DNA of 64,000 bases from Thermoanaerobaculia bacterium (GTDB lineage: Bacteria > Acidobacteriota > Thermoanaerobaculia > Gp7-AA8): assembly GCA_035536275.1 (NCBI GenBank), contig DATLOL010000080.1, positions 1,263 to 65,262 of the forward strand, read 5' to 3'. Position numbers and translations under genes: made by a program. The notes beneath the pieces are model-generated. The model ran no database searches. It worked only from the letters and a program-made list of their open reading frames with translations, and was not told the origin of the DNA. Below are positions 30,182-39,424 of the stretch, one piece after another. Position 1 is the first letter of the stretch. Each line of letters starts with the position of its first letter.

Positions 30182-33100
30182 CTAGCGCCGCGAGTCTTCG
30201 AGCGCCTTGATCCGCGTAGTCACGTCCCGGTAGGTCGAGTTGGCCGCGTACACCTCCATGAACGACTTCTGGGCGTTCTCGGTGTCGCCGACTTCCTGGT
30301 AGGCGGAGGCGAGGTCGTAGAGCAGGCCGACGTGCTCTTCCTGGGTGATCTCGGGCATCTCCAGCCCTTTGCGGTACCACTTGATCGCGAGCTGGGGCAT
30401 GCCCTTCTCGAGGAAGCAGAGGCCGAGCATCGACGCGCACTCGACGGCCCGTTTGGGGTCCTTCGAGGCGAGCTGGAACTCGCCGATGGCCTCGTCGATC
30501 AGCCCCATCTCCTTGTAGGCGATGCCGAGGTTGTAGTGCGTGTCGTAGTCCTCGGAGTCGAGCTGCTGTTCGACGCCCTTCTTGAACTCCTTGAAGATCT
30601 CTTCGAGGGACTGCTCCTCCTCGGACAGCGAGACCGTTTCCTCTTCCTCGGCCAGTTCCGACTCGAGCTCGGCGGCGAGGTCGAAGAAGTTGTCCTCGTC
30701 CGCGAAGAGGTTCTCCTCCTCGACGAGCGCCGCGGCGAGGGCGGGCGGCTCGGGCGGAGGGCCGATGGACGGCTGCTCCGGCGCCGCTTCCGGCATCACC
30801 AGGTCCTCGTCCTCGTCCGGGATCGCGGAGAGCAGCTCGCTCTCGATCTCGTCGCGGGACAGCGCCGGCGGACGCGAGGCCGCGGTCACGGCGGCGTTCT
30901 CCACGCGGTCGCGCCGCGACGCGAGGCTGGCGTCGTTGGGGAAGCGCGCATCGAGCGACTGCAGTTTGCGGCGGGCCTCGTCGAAGAGCTCCTGCTCGAT
31001 GTAGAAGTCGATCTCGTTCAGCTCTTCGAGCGGCAGCTCCTCGATCTCGAGCCCTTCCATCCCGAAGAACGGCTCCGTGTCCGCGACCGGCTCCGCGACC
31101 TCGTCGATCGCCGGCAGCTCCGCCGCAGTCTCCTCGAAATCCATCAGCGGCTCGGTGAGCAGCTCCGGCTCGCTCTCTTCCGCGAACACCGAGACCGGTT
31201 CCGGCTCGGGCTCCGGCTCGGGTGCAAGCTCGGCCACGAAGTCGGACACCACCTCGGGCTCCGGCATCGGCTCCGGCTCGAAGTCGAATGCCGACGGCGC
31301 TTCCGCGGCGATCTCGATCACCGGCTCTTCGGCCGGCTCTTCGATGTCAAACTCGATCTCCGTGGCGCCGGCGTCGAGATCGAACGTCAGCTCTTCCGCA
31401 GGCTCGTCGCTGAAATCGAACGTGAGCTCAGGCTCCGGCTCCGGCGCGGCAACCGGGGGCGTGGGCACGGTGGCCGGGGCAGCGATCTCGAACGCGTGGC
31501 CGCGCGAGAGGAACTCGTTGCGAACGGCGGTGGCGCTCGCGGCATCGTCGACCAGGGCGACGTAGTTGCGCGCGGCGCCACGCGCGCCTTCGACGTCGCC
31601 TTCCTCCAGCAGGATCCGGAAGAGGCGCTCGTGCGCCGTGACATTCTTCGGTGCGCGCTCCAGGACGGCCCGCAGGTGCTCGGCCGCCTTCTCCGCGAGT
31701 CCGTACTTGGCGAACACCTCCGCCTCGGTCAGGTGCTCGGTGATGAAGTCGAGATCGTCGGCCGACTCGCCGATGTCCTGCGCCGCCATCTCCACCGCTG
31801 GTGCGAGACGTTGCGGGGGCGGAGGCGGCGGCGCGGGCGCCACGAACTCCGGTGCAGGCTGGTCGAGCTCGAAGTCGAGCTCGATCCCCGGACTCGCGTC
31901 GAGGTCGAGACTGAGCTCCGGCTCCGCGCTGCCGCCGAAGTCGAACGTCGGCGCGGGCTCGTCGATCTCCATCGGCGGAAGCTGCACCGCGGGCATGGGC
32001 GCCGGCGTGGGGGTGCGCAGCGGTGAGGTGTCGAGCCCCATCTGCGAGCGCACGAACTGCAGCTTCGTCCGGTGCTGCGCGTTCTGGGGCTCGCGCTGGA
32101 TCAGCTTCTCCAGTACCTTCGCCCCCTCGTCGAGCGTTCCCCTCGCGATGTGCGCCTCGGCCAGGCTGTTCATCGACGCGAGAATGTTCGTCTCCTCGTT
32201 CAGGCGCTGGTAGAGCGCAACGAGCCGTTCGAGCGTGGGGATGTGTTTCGCGTCGACGCGGAGGATGCGGCTCAGCATCTCGATGGCCGCGTGACGCTCG
32301 CCGCGCCCGAGGGCGCGCTCCGCGAGCGGAGCCATCATGTCCAGAGCGCGATCGGCATCGGACTGCTTCAGGTAGAGATCGGCCAGCGTCTCGCGGACCG
32401 AGGGCTCGTTGGGATCGGCGGAGGCGGCGCGCTCGAGGGTCGTGCGGGCGGCGGCAGCGTCGCCGCGTCCGAGCTGAATGCGCCCGAGCATCGCCAGCAG
32501 CTTCGAGTTGCCGGCGTTGCCTTCCAGCGCGGTCTCGACGATCTGCCGCGCGTTCTCATAGTCCTTGGCCTCGAGCAGCGCCGTGACCAGCGAGTCGACG
32601 AGGTCCGTGTTGCGCGGATCGATCTTCAGCGCCTTGCGGAAGACCTGCACCGCCTCGTCGAGCATGGCCCGCTTGAGGAGCATCCGCCCGACGCGGTCGT
32701 ACTCCTTGAGCGCCTCGGCCGTCTTGCCCACCTGCACGTAGAGGTCGGCCAGCTTGACGTGAACGTTGATCGAGTTCGGGTCGAGCTCGGAGATCTTGCG
32801 GTAGATCGTGACCGCGTTCCCGGGGTCGCCGTGCTTGAGGTAGTAATCGGCGAGGACCTGGTACTGGCTCTTCGCCTCCATGGCCAGACCCTGTTTCGCG
32901 TAGAGGTCGGCCAGGCGCGCGTACACGTCGAGCTTCGAGGGGTCGAGCTTGTTGATCTTCTTGTAGATGGCGATGGCTTTGAGGAAGAAGCCATCCTTCG
33001 AGTAGTGGTCCGCGATCTTGGTGAAAACCTTGACCGCCTCGTCGTTGCGGTTGATGCGGACCCAGAGGTCGCCGATGCGGTTGAGGGTGTTGACGTCGTT

Positions 33101-33208
33101 GGGGTTGTCTTCGAGGAGGCGCTCGTATTCCTTGATCGCGGGCTCGATCTTTCCCTTGGCAACGAGCTTTTCCGCGCTCGCGATGACTTTATCGCGCTGA
33201 ACCGCCAT
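30182..33208 (-). CDS. large TPR-repeat protein with central acidic low-complexity (PEPEPE/EE-rich) region
   Basis: More than 15 TPR-like units (e.g. LADLYAKQGLAMEAKSQYQVLADYY); about 300-aa D/E/P-rich linker; second TPR block at the C-terminus; 1008 aa. Confidence 0.7.
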   Translation of the reverse strand: MAVQRDKVIASAEKLVAKGKIEPAIKEYERLLEDNPNDVNTLNRIGDLWVRINRNDEAVKVFTKIADHYSKDGFFLKAIAIYKKINKLDPSKLDVYARLADLYAKQGLAMEAKSQYQVLADYYLKHGDPGNAVTIYRKISELDPNSINVHVKLADLYVQVGKTAEALKEYDRVGRMLLKRAMLDEAVQVFRKALKIDPRNTDLVDSLVTALLEAKDYENARQIVETALEGNAGNSKLLAMLGRIQLGRGDAAAARTTLERAASADPNEPSVRETLADLYLKQSDADRALDMMAPLAERALGRGERHAAIEMLSRILRVDAKHIPTLERLVALYQRLNEETNILASMNSLAEAHIARGTLDEGAKVLEKLIQREPQNAQHRTKLQFVRSQMGLDTSPLRTPTPAPMPAVQLPPMEIDEPAPTFDFGGSAEPELSLDLDASPGIELDFELDQPAPEFVAPAPPPPPPQRLAPAVEMAAQDIGESADDLDFITEHLTEAEVFAKYGLAEKAAEHLRAVLERAPKNVTAHERLFRILLEEGDVEGARGAARNYVALVDDAASATAVRNEFLSRGHAFEIAAPATVPTPPVAAPEPEPELTFDFSDEPAEELTFDLDAGATEIEFDIEEPAEEPVIEIAAEAPSAFDFEPEPMPEPEVVSDFVAELAPEPEPEPEPVSVFAEESEPELLTEPLMDFEETAAELPAIDEVAEPVADTEPFFGMEGLEIEELPLEELNEIDFYIEQELFDEARRKLQSLDARFPNDASLASRRDRVENAAVTAASRPPALSRDEIESELLSAIPDEDEDLVMPEAAPEQPSIGPPPEPPALAAALVEEENLFADEDNFFDLAAELESELAEEEETVSLSEEEQSLEEIFKEFKKGVEQQLDSEDYDTHYNLGIAYKEMGLIDEAIGEFQLASKDPKRAVECASMLGLCFLEKGMPQLAIKWYRKGLEMPEITQEEHVGLLYDLASAYQEVGDTENAQKSFMEVYAANSTYRDVTTRIKALEDSRR

Positions 33209-33827
33209 GTCCCTCGCTGTTGCCGAAAAGCAGCCTCGGCTCCTCCACCCCTTCGAACGATCTGCGATGAATCGGGCTCGCGCCGTACGTCTTCAGCGCG
33301 GCCTGATGCCCTTCGGTAGCGTATCCCCGATTGTGTTTGAAATCGTAAACGGGGTACCGCGCATGATACGACTCCATCAACAGATCGCGATAGACCTTCG
33401 CCACGACCGATGCGGCCGCGATGGAGATGCTGCGCCGGTCGCCGCCGATCAGCGGAACCTGCGGCATTTCCAGATCTTCAAGGAGCACGGCGTCGAGGAG
33501 GAGCACGTCGGGACGGGTTGGGAGGTCGTGCACCGCGTGGCTCATGGCCAGCTTGCTCGCGCGGAGGATGTTGATGCGATCGATCGTCGACGCTTCCACC
33601 ACGCCGACCGCGACCGCGCGCGCGCGCCGAAGGACCAGCCGGCAGATGCCGAGGCGGTCTTCGTGGTCGATCAGCTTGGAGTCGTTGACACCGAAGAGCG
33701 TGGGATCGGAGGGGAGGACCACGCACGCCGCAACGACGGGACCGGCCAGACAGCCGCGGCCCACTTCGTCGGTGCCGGCGATGCAGCGGAAACCAGAATC
33801 GCGGAGCCTGCGCTCGATCGCTGACAT
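33189..33827 (-). CDS. rnhB: ribonuclease HII
   Basis: IAGTDEVGRGCLAGPVV (DEDD active-site start), NDSKL, HAVHDL, and the C-terminal YPVYDFKHNRGYATEGH motif; start at M87 of the track ORF by homology and to clear rplS. Confidence 0.85.
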   Translation of the reverse strand: MSAIERRLRDSGFRCIAGTDEVGRGCLAGPVVAACVVLPSDPTLFGVNDSKLIDHEDRLGICRLVLRRARAVAVGVVEASTIDRINILRASKLAMSHAVHDLPTRPDVLLLDAVLLEDLEMPQVPLIGGDRRSISIAAASVVAKVYRDLLMESYHARYPVYDFKHNRGYATEGHQAALKTYGASPIHRRSFEGVEEPRLLFGNSEGHGGSAR

Positions 33828-33888
33828 TTCAGCGACGCGCGCGAGCTCCGCGAACAGGGAGTCGTAGAGGCGTTCGTCCGGGGTGCGC

Positions 33889-34242
33889 TTATTTCGGGCG
33901 CTTTTCTTCGATACGTGCGGCTTTACCGCGGAGATCCCGGAGGTAGTAGAGCTTTGCGCGACGGACCCGGCCATGACGTTCCACCTCGATCTTGTCGATC
34001 GTCGGAGAGTACAGCGGGAACATGCGCTCCACGCCGATGCCGCCCGAGACTTTACGGACGGTGAACATCTGGCGCGTGCCGCCACCGCGGCGGGAGATCA
34101 CCACGCCCTGGAAGATCTGAATGCGCTCTTTGTCGCCTTCTTTGACCTTGACGTGCACTTTGATGGTGTCGCCGGGGCCGAACGACGGGATGTCCGTGCG
34201 TTTGATCTCGGCCGACTCGACGAGTTTCATGATGTCTGGCAT
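33889..34242 (-). CDS. rplS: 50S ribosomal protein L19
   Basis: [13 protein letters not shown]...[29 protein letters not shown]...[17 protein letters not shown]. Confidence 0.9.
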   Translation of the reverse strand: MPDIMKLVESAEIKRTDIPSFGPGDTIKVHVKVKEGDKERIQIFQGVVISRRGGGTRQMFTVRKVSGGIGVERMFPLYSPTIDKIEVERHGRVRRAKLYYLRDLRGKAARIEEKRPK

Positions 34243-34305
34243 GACTAGATACTCCAGTAGATTGAAAAAGCGCGTAAGTATAGCGTTGCTGGTGCGCAAC
34301 CGGCC

Positions 34306-35082
34306 CTAGAACTTGCCGAGCCTCCCGAGAATTTCCCGCGCCTCCTCATCCAGCTCCGCGCTCTCCAGCAGATCCGGCCGCTTCTCCAGCGTCGCGCGCA
34401 AAGCCTGCTCCTTCCGCCACTTGCGGATCTTCTCGTGGTGGCCGGAGAGGAGAATGTCCGGCACGAGCAGCCCGCGCAACTCCTCGGGCCGCGTGTAGTG
34501 CGGGTAGTCGAGCAGCCCGCGGAAGAACGAATCCTCCTCGACCGAGCCGGTGTTGCCGACCACGCCCGGCACCAGCCGCCCGATCGCGTCCGCCATCAGC
34601 ATCGCCGGCAACTCCCCGCCCGAGGCGACAAAGTCGCCCATCGAGATCTCATCCGGCTGCAGCAGCTCGTGCACTCGATGATCGAATCCCTCATACCGCC
34701 CGCAGAGAAAGACCACATGCTCTTTCCCGACGAGCTCGGATGCCACATGCTGATCGAACCGGCGGCCTTGGGGGGAGGTCATGACGAGGTGTGGAGCGGC
34801 GGCCGCTTCGGCCGCCGACGTACCGGCGCCCGAAGCGGGCGCCGCTCCACTCATGATCGCCTCCACACACCGAAACACCGGCTCCCCCAGCATCACCATG
34901 CCCGGCCCGCCGCCGTAGGCCTCGTCGTCCGTGGAGCGATGCTTGTCCGTCGCGTAATCGCGGAGGTCCCACACCCGCACGTCGAGCAGTCCCTGCTTCA
35001 CGCCGCGCGCGATCACCCCCTCGGCGAGGAGCGGCGCGAACATGTTCGGGAAGATGGTGACGAAATCAATCCGCAACGGCAT
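34306..35082 (-). CDS. trmD: tRNA (guanine37-N1)-methyltransferase
   Basis: MRIDFVTIFP, DDEAYGGGPGMVM, LLSGHHEKIRKWR; SPOUT knot fold. Confidence 0.9.
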   Translation of the reverse strand: MPLRIDFVTIFPNMFAPLLAEGVIARGVKQGLLDVRVWDLRDYATDKHRSTDDEAYGGGPGMVMLGEPVFRCVEAIMSGAAPASGAGTSAAEAAAAPHLVMTSPQGRRFDQHVASELVGKEHVVFLCGRYEGFDHRVHELLQPDEISMGDFVASGGELPAMLMADAIGRLVPGVVGNTGSVEEDSFFRGLLDYPHYTRPEELRGLLVPDILLSGHHEKIRKWRKEQALRATLEKRPDLLESAELDEEAREILGRLGKF

Positions 35083-35596
35083 CGAGGTCCTCGATCCCTT
35101 CGGGCAGATGGACCACGATCCGCTTCGCCGCGACGTCGATCTCCGTGCAGAGATCCGCCGCGAACGGCAGCTCGAACTCGCGGCCGTCGGCGCGCTTCAC
35201 GTTGAGGAGGATGCCGCCGCCGCCCTCGTAGGTCTCGGTGACGACGCCACGCTCGCGCCCCTCGCCGTCGACGAGGGTCATTCCCACGAGATCGTGCAGG
35301 TAGTACTCGTCTGCATCCAGCGAGCGCGCCTCGGACTCGGGGATCTCCACCGTCCAGTTGTGCAGTTGCTGTACGGCCTCCGGCGTCTCGATCCCCGCGA
35401 ACTTGAGGAGCGCCCGTCCGGCGTGGATGCGCATCGACTCCACGGTCGTCTCGCGGGTCTCGCGCTCATCGGGCGAGACCAGCGTGACCGTCGCGAGGTC
35501 GTCGAAGCGTTCGGCGGAGTCGGTCCACGGCTCGACGCTCGCTTCGCCACGAACGCCGTGCGCCTTGCGGATCACGCCGACGGCGATGCGAGTCAT
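35066..35596 (-). CDS. rimM: 16S rRNA processing protein RimM
   Basis: N-terminal IAVGVIRKAHGVRGE and C-terminal PRC-barrel; conserved operon position. Confidence 0.85.
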   Translation of the reverse strand: MTRIAVGVIRKAHGVRGEASVEPWTDSAERFDDLATVTLVSPDERETRETTVESMRIHAGRALLKFAGIETPEAVQQLHNWTVEIPESEARSLDADEYYLHDLVGMTLVDGEGRERGVVTETYEGGGGILLNVKRADGREFELPFAADLCTEIDVAAKRIVVHLPEGIEDLDAVAD

Positions 35597-35597
35597 C

Positions 35598-35828
35598 TCA
35601 GTCGAGGATGTCGAGCGAGTAGCGGCGGCGCGTCTTCTGGCTCGCGGCGTTGAGGAGCGTGCGCAGGGCGCGCGCGGTGCGGCCCTGGCGTCCGATCACC
35701 TTGCCGAGGTCCGCCTCCGCGACTTCCAGCTCGAGCACGGTTTGCTGGTCGCGCTGATGACGGTGCACGTTCACCTCGTCGGGATTGTCGACAAGGGACT
35801 TGGCTACAAACTCGATCAGCTCGTCCAT
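35598..35828 (-). CDS. KH-domain RNA-binding protein (YlqC/UPF0109 family)
   Basis: 76 aa; VIGRQGRTARALRTLL KH GxxG-type motif; between rpsP and rimM as in many bacteria. Confidence 0.8.
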   Translation of the reverse strand: MDELIEFVAKSLVDNPDEVNVHRHQRDQQTVLELEVAEADLGKVIGRQGRTARALRTLLNAASQKTRRRYSLDILD

Positions 35829-35864
35829 CAGAGTGGAGCGGCGGGCTTCAGCCCGCCGTCGGAA

Positions 35865-36101
35865 TCAACCCTTGTACTTCTTGATCAGCGACTTGACGGT
35901 CGGCGAGAGCTGGGCGCCCTTGCTGACCCAGTAGTCGACACGCGCGCGGTCGATCTTCACGTCAGCCGGGTTCTTCTTCGGATCGTAGTGTCCGATCTGC
36001 TCGACCGTCGCCGCGGCGGGCGTCTTGAGCGAGTCGGAGACCACGATGCGGTAGAAGGGGGCGTGCGTGGCTCCACCGCGGCGTAAACGAATCTTCAGCA
36101 T
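35865..36101 (-). CDS. rpsP: 30S ribosomal protein S16
   Basis: MLKIRLRRGGATHAPFYRIVVSDS...IGHYDP canonical bS16. Confidence 0.9.
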   Translation of the reverse strand: MLKIRLRRGGATHAPFYRIVVSDSLKTPAAATVEQIGHYDPKKNPADVKIDRARVDYWVSKGAQLSPTVKSLIKKYKG

Positions 36102-36175
36102 CTATCAGTAACTCCTTGAGGTTCAGGGCGCGGAATCGTACCCGAGCGTCCGGCCGAACAGCAACCCCATGAGTG

Positions 36176-36730
36176 CTATTCCGGCCACAGCCATCCGAAC
36201 ACGCCACCCATCAGCAGCCCGTAGATCAGTCCGTCGATCGCGTATTTGATCGCCGAGCGCCACGGCTTCCCGTACCAGATCGCGTCGCTGATGTTGCTTC
36301 CGAACGACCAGAAGATCGTTCCCGTCGCCCCGGCGATCTGCATGACGCGCATGTATTCGGTGCCGGGCGCGAGCGTCTGGCCGGCGATGTACGCGACGAG
36401 GATCGCGCTCACCAGGCACTGCAGGAAGTGCAAACCCAGCGTGCGCGGGAACGAGAAGGAGGCCGGGTTGCGCAGATACATGATGGCGCTCGGGCCCTTC
36501 GACCACTCGGCCATCTGCTCCTCGGTCGGCTTGCTGGGCGGCATGGCCGGGATCATGTACAGGCCGGACCGCAGCGAGCGCATGGCCTCGACGAACGGTC
36601 CATCGTTGCCGGTCTTGCCGTAGTCCGCCGTGTGCCAGAACGGCAGGGCCATGTGCATGAACGCGCTGGCGATGTGCACGATGACCGCGGCGATGAGGAT
36701 GGGGAGCCAGAGATCGACGAGTGAGACCAT
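36176..36730 (-). CDS. membrane protein of unknown function
   Basis: Four to five TM helices. Start moved to MVSLVDLW (M38 of track ORF) because the first 37 codons of the track ORF are read through a family-B repeat (..[14 protein letters not shown]..). Confidence 0.4.
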   Translation of the reverse strand: MVSLVDLWLPILIAAVIVHIASAFMHMALPFWHTADYGKTGNDGPFVEAMRSLRSGLYMIPAMPPSKPTEEQMAEWSKGPSAIMYLRNPASFSFPRTLGLHFLQCLVSAILVAYIAGQTLAPGTEYMRVMQIAGATGTIFWSFGSNISDAIWYGKPWRSAIKYAIDGLIYGLLMGGVFGWLWPE

Positions 36731-36770
36731 GGGTGAATGATGCACAGACACCCGACAACTGACAACTCGC

Positions 36771-36803
36771 GTGTCATCCCGCGCCTCGGCGCGGGATCCC
36801 CCC
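36771..36803. repeat. family-B repeat, single-hairpin form
   Basis: GTGTCATCCCGCGCC-TCG-GCGCGGGATCCCCCC between ffh and the downstream membrane-protein gene. Confidence 0.7.
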
Positions 36804-36850
36804 ACCACAGGCAGGAAGGGAGGGGGATTCCGTGCCGACACGGTGCGCCA

Positions 36851-38191
36851 CTACTGCAAAAATTCGGGCGGCAGCCCCTTCATCATCTTCCCGAACTTCC
36901 GCGCCCCGAATCCCTTCGAGAACGACCTCATCATCTTCTTCATCTGCAGGTACTGCTTGAGCAGGCGATTGATCTCCTGCACCGAAGTGCCCGACCCCTT
37001 GGCGATGCGCTTCTTGCGGTGGCCGTTGATGATCTGCGGGAACTCGCGCTCCTTCATGGTCATCGAGTCGAGGATGGCCTGCATGCGCACGACTGCCTTC
37101 TCGTCGATGTCCTCTTCGCTGATCTTGCCGGCGCCGGGGAGCATGCCCACCAGCGACGACAGCGGCCCCATTTTCTTCACCTGCTGGAGCTGCGAGCGGA
37201 GGTCTTCCAGCGTGAACTTGTCCTTGGCGACCTTCTCCGCGAGGCGCGCCGCCTCCTTCTTGTCGACCTCGGCCTCAACCTTCTCGATGAGCGAGAGCAC
37301 ATCGCCCATGCCCAGGATGCGCTGGGCCATGCGGTCGGGATAGAAGACGTCGAGGTCGGCGAGCTTTTCGCCGACGCCGACGAACTTGATGGGGCGGTTC
37401 ACGACCGACTTGATCGACAGCGCGGCGCCGCCGCGTGCGTCGCCGTCCAGCTTCGTCAGCACGATGCCGGTGACGCCGAGGCGCTCGTCGAACTCTTTCG
37501 CCGACTTGACGGCGTCCTGGCCGGTCATGGCGTCGGCGACGAACAGGATCTCCGACGGGCGCACGTCGTCGCGGATCGTGTGCAGCTCCTGCATCAGCTC
37601 GTCGTCGATGTGCAGGCGGCCGGCGGTGTCGAGGATGACCGTGTCGTACAGCAGCGTCTTGGCCTCGCTCAGCGCGCGGCGGGCGATCTCGATCGGGTTG
37701 CGGTTGTCACCGATCTCCAGGAACGGGACCTTCACGTTGTTCGCGACGATGCGGAGCTGATCGATGGCGGCGGGTCGGTAGACGTCGCACGGCACGAGCA
37801 GCGGACGGCGTCCGCGGCTCTTGAGGTGCATCGCCAGCTTGCCCGAGGTGGTCGTCTTACCGGAGCCCTGGAGGCCGACCATCATGATCACGGCCGGGCT
37901 TCCCACGAGCGCCAGGCCGACCTCGTTGCCCCCGAGGAGACCCTGCAGCTCGTCGCGGACGATCTTGGTGACCTGCTGCGCCGGAGAGAACGCGGTCAGG
38001 ACGTCCCCACCGACTGCCTTCTCGCGAACGCGGTTGGTGAAGTCCTTGACCGTTTTGAAGTGCACGTCCGCCTCGAGCAGGGCGACGCGGATCTCTTTCA
38101 GCGCATTGTCGATGTGCCATTCGTTGAGAGTGGCCTCACCGCGAAGGGTCTTGAAGACCCGGTCCATCTTGTCCTGAAGGTTGTCGAACAT
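36851..38191 (-). CDS. ffh: signal recognition particle protein
   Basis: NG domain GLQGSGKTTT, DTAGRLH, TKLDGDARGG; M domain methionine-rich C-terminus (MKKMMRSFSKGF...MMKG). Confidence 0.95.
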   Translation of the reverse strand: MFDNLQDKMDRVFKTLRGEATLNEWHIDNALKEIRVALLEADVHFKTVKDFTNRVREKAVGGDVLTAFSPAQQVTKIVRDELQGLLGGNEVGLALVGSPAVIMMVGLQGSGKTTTSGKLAMHLKSRGRRPLLVPCDVYRPAAIDQLRIVANNVKVPFLEIGDNRNPIEIARRALSEAKTLLYDTVILDTAGRLHIDDELMQELHTIRDDVRPSEILFVADAMTGQDAVKSAKEFDERLGVTGIVLTKLDGDARGGAALSIKSVVNRPIKFVGVGEKLADLDVFYPDRMAQRILGMGDVLSLIEKVEAEVDKKEAARLAEKVAKDKFTLEDLRSQLQQVKKMGPLSSLVGMLPGAGKISEEDIDEKAVVRMQAILDSMTMKEREFPQIINGHRKKRIAKGSGTSVQEINRLLKQYLQMKKMMRSFSKGFGARKFGKMMKGLPPEFLQ

Positions 38192-38228
38192 GGCGGTGAC
38201 CTAAATGTCCGCCCGGACGCGGCAATTC

Positions 38229-39401
38229 CTAGCGCATGAACTCGCGGTACTGCAGCGACTTCACGAACTCGGCGTACTCCGGATACTTGCTCAGATCGTC
38301 GATCTCGAGCGTCAGGTCGTCGCGGATGATCGTCAGCAGCCGCGCGGTCTCGGCGAAGTCCTTCTGCGACAGATTGACGTTCACCCGCGTCCACCACGCG
38401 TCCTCGCGCTTCGGATTGCGCTCCGTCGCCCGCACCGCCATGGCCTCGGCCTGCGCCAGGTCGCCTTCCTGCAGCCGGATGTTGGCGCGCATGACGTCGA
38501 GATACGGATCGCCGCCCACAGAGCGGTCGAGCGAATCGACGATCCGCAGGGCCTCGCCGTACTGGCCGCGAAGGATGTTCGCGTCGATGAACATCATCTC
38601 CATCCCGCGATCGTTCGGAAACGCGGCTCGCAGATCGTCGAGCGACCGCGCGTGCAGCTCGTCGTCGCCTGTGTTCGAGCAGGCCATCACGTACGCCAGC
38701 ATGATCGACTTGTCTTTGCGCAACCGCTCCGGCAGTGTGTTGTAGATCTCGATCGCTGCCTTGCCGTCGCCCTCGCGGATCTTCGCCGTCATCTCCCGAA
38801 CCCGGGGCGCGGCAGCGACCATCGGGTTTTTCGTCTTCGATCCCGCCAGCCGTTCGAGGAGGCCGGGATCGGAGTCCGCGCCGATGAGGAACAGCCGGCG
38901 GAGCATGTCTGAGAAGTACTCGCCCGTTGCGTAGATGTAGATGTCGCGCGCGCGGACGAAGCCGGCCGCGTCGCGCACGAGCGGCATCTCGTGATAGTTC
39001 AGCGAGCCATCCGGCAGGAGGACGCGGATGATCGCGCGGCGCTCGCTGCCGATCATGCGCACGCGCACGGCCTCGATGCTGCCGCCGGCCTCGATGTTCT
39101 GGACGAGGTTCTGCGCCAGGCTCGTTTGCGTGTTCGCCGCGCCCTTGGCGACCGCGTTGCGCCAGCCCGGCCCCTGCATTTCGGGCACGTCGGTGGCGCG
39201 CTCGAGAATCGCCTGCCAGTCGAAGAGCTGCGTCGCGCGGGCGACGTTCGGCTTGTAGAGCGCGTCGATGTACGAGTCGACGAACTGGCGCGCCTCCGCC
39301 TCCGTCGGCGTCGCCCGCACGGAGGTTTTCGGGACCAATTTTTCCTTCCGGCAGGCGATCAGCGCGGCCACGGCCAGTGCGCAGAACAACGTTTTTCGCA
39401 T
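38229..39401 (-). CDS. lipoprotein with TPR-like repeats
   Basis: MRKTLFCALAVAALIAC lipobox; start set at M18 of the track ORF; helical-repeat body. Confidence 0.5.
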   Translation of the reverse strand: MRKTLFCALAVAALIACRKEKLVPKTSVRATPTEAEARQFVDSYIDALYKPNVARATQLFDWQAILERATDVPEMQGPGWRNAVAKGAANTQTSLAQNLVQNIEAGGSIEAVRVRMIGSERRAIIRVLLPDGSLNYHEMPLVRDAAGFVRARDIYIYATGEYFSDMLRRLFLIGADSDPGLLERLAGSKTKNPMVAAAPRVREMTAKIREGDGKAAIEIYNTLPERLRKDKSIMLAYVMACSNTGDDELHARSLDDLRAAFPNDRGMEMMFIDANILRGQYGEALRIVDSLDRSVGGDPYLDVMRANIRLQEGDLAQAEAMAVRATERNPKREDAWWTRVNVNLSQKDFAETARLLTIIRDDLTLEIDDLSKYPEYAEFVKSLQYREFMR

Positions 39402-39424
39402 GGGATTGGGCGAGAATACGCCAT

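Noticed and set aside
36730-36841. N-terminal 37 residues of track ORF 36176..36841
   Set aside because: Encoded by a family-B repeat (..[14 protein letters not shown]..); a plausible ATG start with hydrophobic N-terminus follows at 36730.
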